The notes beneath the pieces are model-generated. The model was not told where the DNA came from, did no database searches, and saw only the letters and a program-made list of their open reading frames with translations. The position numbers were made by a program, and so were the translations under genes. Below, piece after piece: positions 1 to 9,306 of a stretch of DNA of 64,000 bases. The stretch comes from Bacteroidetes bacterium MED-G17 (GTDB taxonomy: Bacteria > Bacteroidota > Bacteroidia > NS11-12g > UBA9320). How positions within the stretch are numbered: position 1 is the stretch's first letter; each line of letters begins with the position of its first letter. The stretch spans positions 18,497 through 82,496 of the forward strand of contig NTKK01000002.1 in NCBI GenBank assembly GCA_002457675.1. Reading direction: 5' to 3'.

Positions 1-311
1 AAAAAGGTATGTCATTTCATAGCTCTGTGGCTTCTGCTAAAGGCGCGGTTGAAGGCTTAGTAAGATCTTTAGCGGCAGAATGGGCGCCAAAATACAGAGT
101 AAACTGTATTGCACCATCGCTCACTGACACGCCTCTGGCAGAAAGATTGTTGCGCAATGACAAAATGCGAGAAGCTGCAAAAGACCGACATCCCTTGAAG
201 CGTATCGGAAGCGCAGAAGATATAGCAAGTGCCACCCATTTTTTGTTATCCAATAAAAGTAAATTTATTACTGGACAAATTATAGGAATCGACGGTGGGT
301 TGTCTGGTTAA
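1..311 (+). CDS. SDR family oxidoreductase, 3' part (truncated by window start)
   Basis: SDR C-terminal motifs RVNCIAPSLTDT, HPLKRIG, ITGQIIGIDGG; frame open to the window edge. Confidence 0.9.
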   Translation, partial: KGMSFHSSVASAKGAVEGLVRSLAAEWAPKYRVNCIAPSLTDTPLAERLLRNDKMREAAKDRHPLKRIGSAEDIASATHFLLSNKSKFITGQIIGIDGGLSG

Positions 312-2296
312 TTTACTTTACTACCGTTGGCAACTTTTACACTGGGTTGGTTGAATTGTAATTGACCCGATAAATCCTCTGACATCAAAATCATTCCCTG
401 ACTTTCGAAACCTCTAATTTTTCGTGGTGCCAAGTTACACACAACCGTAACCTGCTGTCCCAAGACGTCATTTGGACTAAAATGATGTGCAATCCCTGAA
501 ATTATTGTTCTTATTTCTCCCCCCATATCTACCTGTAGTGTAAGCAATTTATCCGCTTTTTCCATTTTTTTGGCTTCTATTATCGTGCCAACGCGTAGAT
601 CTATTTTTTCAAAATCATCAAACTGAATTTCTTCTTTATACATAGGTTTATTTTCTTTTTTTGGTAGTAATTTATCGATTTGAATTTGGATTTCGGCATC
701 CTCTATTTTTTCAAATAGCAGCATAGGTTTGTTAAGCTTGTGCTTGGGTGAAAGTACTTCTGCATTTGAAAGATTCAAGGTGTTTTTTATTTTTTCCGCA
801 GTATTGGGGAGAAATATTTGTGCCTGTCTTTTAATTTCTTCAACCAATTTCAGACAGGTAAATAAACAATTACGAACCTGTGGCTTGAGATTTTCCTCCT
901 TCCACTTTTTCCATGGCTCTTGCTCTTGAAGATATTTGTTGCCCAATCTTGCTAAATCTATAAAAAACGTATTTGCTTGTCTAAATTCAAAATTTGATAG
1001 CGCAAAGTCTATTTTTTGAGCTAAATCTTGCACCTTACTTTCAACAGTTATATCCATTTGACCTTGAGCCACATAACCTTCAAAATATTTATGGCTTAAA
1101 ACCAAAACACGGTTAATGAAATTTCCTAAAATAGCCACCAACTCGTTATTTACCCTAGCTTGAAAATCTTTCCATGTAAAATCTGCATCGTTATTTTCGG
1201 GCATTATTGAAGTTAATACATATCTTAACTCATCAACTTTATGTGGGAAATCTTTGAGGTAGTCATTTACCCAAATTGCATGATTTCTTGAGGTGGAAAT
1301 TTTTTTTCCTTCTAAGTTTAAAAATTCATTGGCAGGAACATATTTAGGCAAAATAAAATCACCGTGTGCATGCAACATTGCTGGAAAAATGAGGCAGTGA
1401 AAAACAATATTGTCTTTCCCGATAAAATGGATTAATTCAGTCTTTTCGTCTTGCCAATACTCCGTCCACTTTTCTGTTAATTCCTCTGTCATAGAAATAT
1501 AGCCGATTGGGGCATCAAACCAAACATAAAGAACTTTGCCGTCGGCGCCTTCAACGGGAACTTTAATACCCCAATTTAAGTCCCTGGTCATGGCTCGTGG
1601 TTTTAATCCTTCGTTGAGCCAACTTTTACACTGTCCATATACATGGGGTTTTAAACTTGTGCGAAGACCTTCTATATAGGAATCCAAAAAAGAGCTTTGC
1701 AATTTATCCAAAGGTAAATACCAGTTTTTTGTTTTTTTAAGGATTGGTGGACGCCCACTTAAGGCTGATTTTGGATTAATTAATTCTAATGGACTAAGTG
1801 ATTTACCACAAGATTCACACTGGTCACCATACGCATTTTCATAACTACAATTTGGACACCGTCCGGTGATGTATCTATCCGCCAAAAATTGCTGAGTTGA
1901 TTGATCATAATATTGTTCACTTTCATGTTCTTCAAAAACACCATTGTCGTATAATTTTTTGAAAAAGGATTGAGATCTACGATGATGGGTATCAGAGCTT
2001 GTTCTTGAAAAAACATCAAAATTTATCTTTAGTCCTTCAAAAGATTTTTTGATGTTTTCGTGGTAAAAGTCAACCACTTCTTTTGGAGACTTTCCCTCTT
2101 TTTTTGCTCTAATAGTAATAGGAACTCCATGCTCATCTGTGCCACATATAAATTTTACATCTAGATTTTTTTTGTGCCTTAAGAAGCGCACGTATAAATC
2201 AGCGGGTAAATAAGCCCCAGCAATATGACCAATATGCAAAGGCCCATTAGCATAAGGAAGTGCTGAGGTTACTATGTATTTATGGGTATTGGTCAT
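308..2296 (-). CDS. metG: methionine--tRNA ligase
   Basis: ALPYANGPLHIGH (HIGH), zinc knuckle CPNC..CESC, KISTS (KMSKS-like), C-terminal tRNA-binding OB domain. Confidence 0.98.
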   Translation of the reverse strand: MTNTHKYIVTSALPYANGPLHIGHIAGAYLPADLYVRFLRHKKNLDVKFICGTDEHGVPITIRAKKEGKSPKEVVDFYHENIKKSFEGLKINFDVFSRTSSDTHHRRSQSFFKKLYDNGVFEEHESEQYYDQSTQQFLADRYITGRCPNCSYENAYGDQCESCGKSLSPLELINPKSALSGRPPILKKTKNWYLPLDKLQSSFLDSYIEGLRTSLKPHVYGQCKSWLNEGLKPRAMTRDLNWGIKVPVEGADGKVLYVWFDAPIGYISMTEELTEKWTEYWQDEKTELIHFIGKDNIVFHCLIFPAMLHAHGDFILPKYVPANEFLNLEGKKISTSRNHAIWVNDYLKDFPHKVDELRYVLTSIMPENNDADFTWKDFQARVNNELVAILGNFINRVLVLSHKYFEGYVAQGQMDITVESKVQDLAQKIDFALSNFEFRQANTFFIDLARLGNKYLQEQEPWKKWKEENLKPQVRNCLFTCLKLVEEIKRQAQIFLPNTAEKIKNTLNLSNAEVLSPKHKLNKPMLLFEKIEDAEIQIQIDKLLPKKENKPMYKEEIQFDDFEKIDLRVGTIIEAKKMEKADKLLTLQVDMGGEIRTIISGIAHHFSPNDVLGQQVTVVCNLAPRKIRGFESQGMILMSEDLSGQLQFNQPSVKVANGSKVN

Positions 2297-2302
2297 TTAA
2301 GG

Positions 2303-2310
2303 CAAAGGTA
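2303..2310 (-). promoter_or_regulatory. Bacteroidota sigma-A -7 element TACCTTTG for metG
   Basis: Exact TAnnTTTG match 6 nt before the ATG. Confidence 0.6.
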
Positions 2311-2313
2311 TTG

Positions 2314-3219
2314 TTAAGAATGAACTCTCTGATTTATTTTTGATTTTTGAAATCTCAATAGTATTGGATGGATAAAAACCGCAATCAGGATAATTCCTGT
2401 ACCCCAATAAAAAGATGGTGCCAATTCTTTATTTTCCTTGAAAATAATACCTGCCAATAAAATACCATAAACTGGTTCAAGATTGATCGCCAAATTTGAG
2501 GTAAATGCACTCAAGTCTTTTAAGGCTATTACACTCAAAACAAAAGCAAGACTTGTACATAAAATTGCAAGAATTAGTAGATATGGAATATCCTGTTTTG
2601 GAAGAGTAAACTGATTATAAAATGATTGATCAAGTAAAGGTGTAACACAAACCAAAAAAACCCATCCGGCAAAAAGTTCTAATGACGAAATACTCAAAGC
2701 GTTATATTTTGCTTTGATATATTTTTTGTTGAGGGTTGAGAATAGCGCCGCAAACAATGCGGAAAGTAATCCTACCCAAATAGCTTGGTAAAAAGCTTTA
2801 CCCATTTGTGCAATGAGCAATATGCCCAAAATGATAATTAACCCAATTACAAGCTCCACCCATTGGAATTTTGTTTTTGTAAGCCACGGTTCAAGAAATG
2901 ACGTGAAGAGGGTTACTGTACTTAGGCAAGCTAATGTTAAAGATGCACTATTGCCAAGTTTTATGCTTCCATAAAAAGTAATCCAATGTATAGCAATCAA
3001 TATGCCAATGAGGATAAATCTCTTTTTATCAACTGGTTGAATTTTTTTTATACCACGCCAAACTTTTGGAACGAATAAAAGGGCGAAAGCAGCCATCCAC
3101 ATTCTGTGCCAAACCAATGAAATAGCAGAAAGCGATATCTGCTTACCTAAAATGGCTGTAAAGCCAAAAAGAAAAACTGCTATATGTAAGTATATGTAAG
3201 ATTTTATTCTAGAACTCAT
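2314..3219 (-). CDS. DMT/EamA family permease
   Basis: About 10 hydrophobic segments, N-terminal LHIAVFLFGFTAILGK, NLEPVYGI motif. Confidence 0.9.
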   Translation of the reverse strand: MSSRIKSYIYLHIAVFLFGFTAILGKQISLSAISLVWHRMWMAAFALLFVPKVWRGIKKIQPVDKKRFILIGILIAIHWITFYGSIKLGNSASLTLACLSTVTLFTSFLEPWLTKTKFQWVELVIGLIIILGILLIAQMGKAFYQAIWVGLLSALFAALFSTLNKKYIKAKYNALSISSLELFAGWVFLVCVTPLLDQSFYNQFTLPKQDIPYLLILAILCTSLAFVLSVIALKDLSAFTSNLAINLEPVYGILLAGIIFKENKELAPSFYWGTGIILIAVFIHPILLRFQKSKINQRVHS

Positions 3220-3223
3220 TTCA

Positions 3224-4351
3224 TTACGAATTGTTGAGCAATTTTTGATACAGTTTTTCGTACGAAGGAATTATTTCTTTTTGGTCAAATTTTTGGGCTT
3301 GTTTACGAGCGTCCTTTTGGAAATTTGCCATTTTATGAGGATCATTCAATAGTGATAGCGCTTTCTCTGTCATTCCATCAATGTCCCCAACTGAACAACA
3401 ATAACCTGTGCGCCCATCAAGCATAACTTCCTTCTGACCTCCCGTATTGGTGCAAATCACTGGAACTTCACACGCCATTGCCTCCAAGGCTGCTAACCCA
3501 AAACTTTCTGTTTCACTGGTAATAAGAAAAAGGTCGCCAACAGACAAAATTTCTTCAATTTTATTTTGTTTTCCCAAAAATTTAATGTTGTCAGCTTGGT
3601 TATTTTGACGAGATTTATTTTCTAAATTTTTTCTCTCCGGGCCATCACCAATTAGTAGCAACTTGGCAGGCAATTTCTCTCTGATCTTACAAAAGACTTT
3701 TATTACATCTTGCACTCTTTTTACTTTTCTAAAATTAGATGCATGGATAATGATGTGTTCATTTTGAGGTGCTACCCAATCTTTTAATGCATTATTTTCC
3801 ATTTTCTTAAAACGATTAAGATCCAAAAAATTCGGAACCACCGTAATATCTCTTTTCACATTAAAATAATCAATTGTATCTTCCTTTAAACTCTCAGAAA
3901 CTGTTGTAACTACATCTGAATGCTCAATACAATGGCTAATTACTGGAGTGTACATTTTGTCTCTTCCAATAAGGGTAATATCAGTTCCATGAAGGGTAGT
4001 AATTATTGGCAATTGAATCGCGCTACTTTTCAAAATATTTTTGGCCATAATTGCTGCTGCTGCATGAGGAATCGCGTAGTGAACATGCAACAAATCCAAC
4101 TTTTCGTACTTTACCAAATCAACTATTTTGCCTGTTAGGGCCAATTCGTATGGTGGGAATCTAAATAATGGGTATTTTGAAACAGAAACTTCATGAAAAA
4201 AAATGTTTTCTGAGAAATGTTCAAAACGAACCGGCTGCTCGTAGCTAATAAAATGTACTTGGTGTCCTTTTTTTGCCAAACTTTTACCTAGCTCAGTCGC
4301 AATAACACCACTACCCCCAAAAGTTGGGTATAAAACGATACCTATTCGCAC
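3224..4351 (-). CDS. bshA: N-acetyl-alpha-D-glucosaminyl L-malate synthase (GT4)
   Basis: YPTFGGSGVIATELG, HVHYAIPHA, TTLHGTDIT, ESFGLAALEAM; start placed at GTG 4351 rather than the ORF-track start. Confidence 0.93.
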   Translation of the reverse strand: MRIGIVLYPTFGGSGVIATELGKSLAKKGHQVHFISYEQPVRFEHFSENIFFHEVSVSKYPLFRFPPYELALTGKIVDLVKYEKLDLLHVHYAIPHAAAAIMAKNILKSSAIQLPIITTLHGTDITLIGRDKMYTPVISHCIEHSDVVTTVSESLKEDTIDYFNVKRDITVVPNFLDLNRFKKMENNALKDWVAPQNEHIIIHASNFRKVKRVQDVIKVFCKIREKLPAKLLLIGDGPERKNLENKSRQNNQADNIKFLGKQNKIEEILSVGDLFLITSETESFGLAALEAMACEVPVICTNTGGQKEVMLDGRTGYCCSVGDIDGMTEKALSLLNDPHKMANFQKDARKQAQKFDQKEIIPSYEKLYQKLLNNS

Positions 4352-4456
4352 TTTTAGAGAACAAAGTTCTTTAATTTCCGATTTAAGCGAATAGAAATCA
4401 TATTTATTTGACCATCTAGTAAGGTTAAATTTACATTCTACCCATTTTTTTGTCAC

Positions 4457-5398
4457 ATGCGAGTATGCCTTTTAATCATTCATTTAGTTTTCCTAAATTC
4501 TATTCTTTTTGGACAAACCAGATTTGAGGTCAGTATAAAACGAACTTCCTTTGAGTTGGTAGAAAATGATACCGTAAATATTTCCAGTGATGATGCCGAA
4601 CAAGAAAACCAAACAATGGATAAACTGTATGATGATGACCTGGACGCAGGTTGGGAAGGCGATGATTTTAATACCCTATTTGTTGGCTTAAGATTTACAA
4701 ATGTTCAAATACCTCAAGGCGCAATTGTTGATTCAGCCTATCTAGAAGTTTACTCTCATGAAGAAGAAAACGATCAAGCCTTAATTACTATCATCGGTGA
4801 AGCAACGGATAACGCTGAAACTTTTGATTTGGATAACCTTATTACTGATAGAAAACAAACGAATGATTCAGTGCTCTGGAACGTAAACGAAAAATGGACG
4901 ATCTGGACAAAATACAAATCAGCTGATTTTGCACAAGTCATTCAAGAAATTGTCGATAGAAGTGGATGGAAATCTGGAAATGCCCTTGCAATTTTTTTAA
5001 AGGGTTCTGACCAAGGCGCAAGCAATGAAGACAATGCACGAGATATGGAATCTTTCGAAAATGAAGAAGATCCAGCAGATGGTGGTGATGGAAAAAATCA
5101 TCCTGAAAGAGCACCTAAATTAGTGGTTGTTTACAGCGGAGCAGCATCCACAAGCAATATAGATATTTCACAAAATGTTGAAATTATTCCAAACCCTGCA
5201 AATGATTTTATTCAAATAAATATAGGAAAAAACCAAGAGTTTTACGTCTCAATAGTTGACCTAAATGGTAAAAAGATATATGAAAGAAATGTAAGGTCTA
5301 ATGAATATATCAATCTTTCCGAATTACCTAAGGGATCATACCTTATTCAAGGCACTCTAGAAATGGGGTCATTCAGCAAAAAATTATTGCTTAAATAA
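4457..5398 (+). CDS. T9SS type-A secreted protein with one acidic predicted beta-sandwich domain
   Basis: Signal peptide; domain with GLRFTNVQIPQGA..SAYL and IQEIVDRSGWKSGNA motifs; CTD IIPNPANDFIQI..LPKGSYLI..KKLLLK. Confidence 0.85.
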   Translation: MRVCLLIIHLVFLNSILFGQTRFEVSIKRTSFELVENDTVNISSDDAEQENQTMDKLYDDDLDAGWEGDDFNTLFVGLRFTNVQIPQGAIVDSAYLEVYSHEEENDQALITIIGEATDNAETFDLDNLITDRKQTNDSVLWNVNEKWTIWTKYKSADFAQVIQEIVDRSGWKSGNALAIFLKGSDQGASNEDNARDMESFENEEDPADGGDGKNHPERAPKLVVVYSGAASTSNIDISQNVEIIPNPANDFIQINIGKNQEFYVSIVDLNGKKIYERNVRSNEYINLSELPKGSYLIQGTLEMGSFSKKLLLK

Positions 5399-8277
5399 TG
5401 CTCGGAAACTTTTTCCAAGATAAAAAAGAAGTCAAATTCATCTTATTGAATTTGGCTTTTTTGTTTCATATACAGGGATACGGTCAAAACTTTATTTCAG
5501 GGACCATAAAAGACGCTGAAACACAAAACATACTTGTTGGAGCTGACATACGTCAAATTGAAGGTAAAACAATTGCAATCAGTAATGAAAACGGTGAGTT
5601 TAAACTAAAGTTATCCGATAAGTCTCCAGTGGTTATCAATTATATTGGCTACAAAAGCGACACACTTAGAAATTTTTCTACATTAAGCGTTGAAATCTTC
5701 CTTACACCCTCGTCAAAAGGATTAGATGCATTTACAGTAAATAGTAGATTTAGCCTCCAGCAAATTGGGTTAAGAAATCAAAAGGAATCTAAAAATATTA
5801 AAAATATCATCAGCGCAGATCAAATAAAATTATTTCCCGACATGAATGCAGCTGAAGCTGTGGCTCGTGTTCCCGGAATTACCTTGCAAAGAGATCAAGG
5901 CGAGGGTCGTTTTGTTCAATTACGTGGAACTGCGCCTTGGTTAAGTACATTAAATATCAATGGAGAACAAGTGCCAAGCCCGGAAGGAGATGTACGTTAT
6001 GTTGGCCTTGATGTTATTGCTGCTGACCAAATAGAGTTTGTTGAGATTACAAAAGCGCTAACACCTGATATGGATGGAGACGCAATTGCAGGAAATGTGA
6101 ATATCATTACTAAAAGAGCCCGAAATACTGAACCCACGTTAAATATGGCTTTTTCAGGAGGCTATAACAACATAAGTAAACAACCCAATTTAATGGCAAG
6201 TGTTTCGTTCGGTCAAAGAATTAAAAAGCTTGGCTTTCACCTCAATGCAAATCATCAAATAAATAATCAGGGAGCTCATAATATAGAATATAAATTTGTA
6301 CAGAGACCCACTCAAGAAGATACTAGCTTTAATCCCGTTTACTCTGATATCCAGTTTAGGCACTATAGCATAACAAGAAAAAGGACTGGTATAACCGCTA
6401 CAATGGACTACAGCTTTTCCAAAAATTCCTTCATTATTTTACGAGGAATGTTTAACAATTTTTCGGACAACGAAATTCGCAGCAGAGTAAGACATAAATT
6501 GGGCAGTGGAACTATAATAAATAAGTACTATGCTAAAGAAGCCAAAATAGAAAGAGATCTTAAAATGAGAACCAAACAGCAACAAATTGCGTCCTTGAAT
6601 CTAAATGGATCAAACTATATAAATAAAGCTAAATTAGAATATGGACTCGCCATTTCAAACGCCTTCGAACATACTCCTGACCGTTTTGAAATGGTTTTTG
6701 AAAGTGACGAACTTGACATACAGTTGGATTTATCAGAGCCTAACTTTCCAAGGATTTCATATCCCTTAGAAAGAGATATAAGTAATGCTTTTGATTTTGA
6801 GAATTACACTTTTGAAGAAATGGAACTACGAAACGACTTGGTTGAAGACCTCAACAAAACTGCGAGATTGGATTTAAGTATTCCTCTAAAAAATCCTAAA
6901 AACTACCTAAAAGTTGGGGGGAAATGGAGAAATAAAACCCGAGAAAGAAACAATATTGGAGTAACCTACAATAAATACTATGGCATCTTTTTACCAGGCT
7001 CAAGACAAATTTATCTTCAAGAAGGACCAGATTTAAATTTAGCTCTTTTGGCTGAAGATTTAAAAGTTAATAACCTTTTAAATCGTGGCTATGAACTTGG
7101 TCCAACTCCAGATCCTCAGCTTAGCAAGGACTTCTATGAATATTATCAACAACATTTTAAAATTGACGAAGACCAAAGCAAGCAGAAATCTTTTAATTCA
7201 GATTATCAAGCTAAAGAAAATATCTATGCTGCGTATGCAATGGGTGAATATAATTTGGGTAAATTAAGTATTGTAGGTGGTTTGAGGTATGAGCTTACGG
7301 AAATTGAACACAAGGGAAATGTTTTAAAACTTGAAAAAGGCAGGTTCTTCAGAGATTTATTTGAAGAACAAAAAAACTATTCGCGAAGTTTTCTTTTGCC
7401 ACAAATACACCTTACCTATCGGCCAGATAGAAATACCAACATAAGATTTGCGGCAACCACTTCTTACTCTCGTCCGAATTTTGAAGACAATTTGCCTTAT
7501 AGAGAAGAAGAGAATGAAGACGAAGTTACTTATGGAAACCCCCTACTAAATTACCCTAAATCCTTCAATCTTGACTTTATGCTTGAAAAATACTTATCAA
7601 ACAATGGTCTTTTATCTGGAGGTTTGTTCTACAAAAGAATTGATGATTTTATATTTTTCTATAAGCGATTTGCGCATGAAGATTCTAATTTTAGTACTGC
7701 AGGCCTTAACGAAATAACTATGGCCAATAATGGTCTTTTTGCAAACGTTATGGGAATAGAACTTACAGCGAATATCAAATTTTCTAAGCTACCCAAAAAT
7801 TGGCGATATCTTGGGATTTTATCAAATTACACCTTTACACTATCCGAAGCTTTTATAAATCAAAGATTACCAATTGAAAGATTAGACCAAGTATTCATCT
7901 ATGGTACGGATGGCAAAGGTTTTCTTTTGAATAATAAGCAGCGAGAAAAAATAACACTACCCGGACAATCTCCTCACACAGCTAATTTTTCACTTTTTTA
8001 TGACCATCCAAAATTTTATGCGAAACTTTCAGCAAACTTTCAAGATCGGTTCTTAAATGAACTTGGGGCAGAAAAAGAACTTGATGTATTTTACGATAGG
8101 CAATTTCACCTAGATTTTCTGGCAGACTATGTTCTAAATCCCAAAATCAAATGTTTTATTCAAATTAACAATATCACCAACCAGCCACTAAGGTATTACT
8201 TAGGAAATCCTTCGTTAACGAAGCAATATGAGTTTTACTCATGGTGGGGAAGAATTGGTTTAAAAGCAAACTTTTAG
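5398..8277 (+). CDS. TonB-dependent receptor (phytase-associated type)
   Basis: N-terminal carboxypeptidase-regulatory-like domain, plug FPDMNAAEAVARVPG..DQGEGRFV.LRG, barrel ending in terminal Phe; TAATG coupling to the upstream gene. Confidence 0.93.
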   Translation: MLGNFFQDKKEVKFILLNLAFLFHIQGYGQNFISGTIKDAETQNILVGADIRQIEGKTIAISNENGEFKLKLSDKSPVVINYIGYKSDTLRNFSTLSVEIFLTPSSKGLDAFTVNSRFSLQQIGLRNQKESKNIKNIISADQIKLFPDMNAAEAVARVPGITLQRDQGEGRFVQLRGTAPWLSTLNINGEQVPSPEGDVRYVGLDVIAADQIEFVEITKALTPDMDGDAIAGNVNIITKRARNTEPTLNMAFSGGYNNISKQPNLMASVSFGQRIKKLGFHLNANHQINNQGAHNIEYKFVQRPTQEDTSFNPVYSDIQFRHYSITRKRTGITATMDYSFSKNSFIILRGMFNNFSDNEIRSRVRHKLGSGTIINKYYAKEAKIERDLKMRTKQQQIASLNLNGSNYINKAKLEYGLAISNAFEHTPDRFEMVFESDELDIQLDLSEPNFPRISYPLERDISNAFDFENYTFEEMELRNDLVEDLNKTARLDLSIPLKNPKNYLKVGGKWRNKTRERNNIGVTYNKYYGIFLPGSRQIYLQEGPDLNLALLAEDLKVNNLLNRGYELGPTPDPQLSKDFYEYYQQHFKIDEDQSKQKSFNSDYQAKENIYAAYAMGEYNLGKLSIVGGLRYELTEIEHKGNVLKLEKGRFFRDLFEEQKNYSRSFLLPQIHLTYRPDRNTNIRFAATTSYSRPNFEDNLPYREEENEDEVTYGNPLLNYPKSFNLDFMLEKYLSNNGLLSGGLFYKRIDDFIFFYKRFAHEDSNFSTAGLNEITMANNGLFANVMGIELTANIKFSKLPKNWRYLGILSNYTFTLSEAFINQRLPIERLDQVFIYGTDGKGFLLNNKQREKITLPGQSPHTANFSLFYDHPKFYAKLSANFQDRFLNELGAEKELDVFYDRQFHLDFLADYVLNPKIKCFIQINNITNQPLRYYLGNPSLTKQYEFYSWWGRIGLKANF

Positions 8278-8279
8278 AT

Positions 8280-9254
8280 ATGAAGCTTGGCATTTTAGGT
8301 TTTTTGATTGGTCTTTTTTCAATCCAGACAAAAATAAAACCAGACGTAATCACTCAAAAAGTGCGTTATGATAGCGACGATCCAGCAATTTGGTATAACA
8401 CAAAAAATCCCAACAACAGTGTAATTTTCGGAACGGATAAAGATACAGATGGCTCAGTTTTAGCCTTTGATTTAAATGGAAAAATTATCGACTCGCTTTG
8501 CATCTTTGGGCTTAGAAGACCCAACAACATAGATATTCAACAAAACTTTAGTTATAACGGAAAACAACATTCAATTTTAGCACTTACTGAGAGGGAACTA
8601 AAACAAATTCGATTATTTTCTATTCCAGATATGCATGAAATTGGAAATGGTTTTAAGGTCTTTAAACATGATACATTTCCACGTTTTGACCTGCCGATGG
8701 GAATTACCTTAGGCGCTAAAAATCAAAAGTTGCTAATTTTTATCAGCAGAAAAGAAGGACCATCAAAAGGTTATATTCATCAATATTCCTTTGACCCAGC
8801 CAATGCAAGTTTGAATCTGACAAAAACACTAGGAAATTTTGATGGTAAAAATGAAATTGAAGCTTTGTGTTTAGACGACGACGAAAATATCTTGTATTAC
8901 AGCGACGAAGGATTTGGCGTTCACGCACTGAATTTAACAACCGAACATGATACTGTTTTTGGAGGAACTCAATTTGGAGAAGACCATGAAGGTATCGCCT
9001 TGATTAAAAATGACTCGCTTAACTTGGTTGTTGTTTCGGACCAAAAAAATGGTGAACTAGAACTCTTTGACGCTTCCAACAACTATATACATGTTGCAAG
9101 TGTAAAAATGAGTGCCAAAGAAACGGATGGAATTGAAATACTCAACTATCCAATAAAAATGTTTCCAAAGGGTTTATTAGTAATCATGTCAGATAACCGA
9201 ACTTTTCAATACTATTCTTTAAATAAACTAATTAATTCCTTAACAAATAATTAA
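8280..9254 (+). CDS. beta-propeller phytase (3-phytase, PhyC-like)
   Basis: SDDPAIW, GTDK, RPNNID, EIEAL..DD, DHEGIAL, VSDQ, ETDG motifs. Confidence 0.88.
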   Translation: MKLGILGFLIGLFSIQTKIKPDVITQKVRYDSDDPAIWYNTKNPNNSVIFGTDKDTDGSVLAFDLNGKIIDSLCIFGLRRPNNIDIQQNFSYNGKQHSILALTERELKQIRLFSIPDMHEIGNGFKVFKHDTFPRFDLPMGITLGAKNQKLLIFISRKEGPSKGYIHQYSFDPANASLNLTKTLGNFDGKNEIEALCLDDDENILYYSDEGFGVHALNLTTEHDTVFGGTQFGEDHEGIALIKNDSLNLVVVSDQKNGELELFDASNNYIHVASVKMSAKETDGIEILNYPIKMFPKGLLVIMSDNRTFQYYSLNKLINSLTNN

Positions 9255-9255
9255 C
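9240..9255 (+). promoter_or_regulatory. TTAAC-N6-TTAAC direct repeat, candidate OmpR/PhoB-family box
   Basis: 11-bp-periodic repeat about 50 nt upstream of the 9307 gene in a phosphorus-scavenging locus. Confidence 0.3.
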
Positions 9256-9306
9256 TTACTGCGAAAGGCAATACGTTTTCTTTGTTTCACTATAATTAAA
9301 AAAAAT

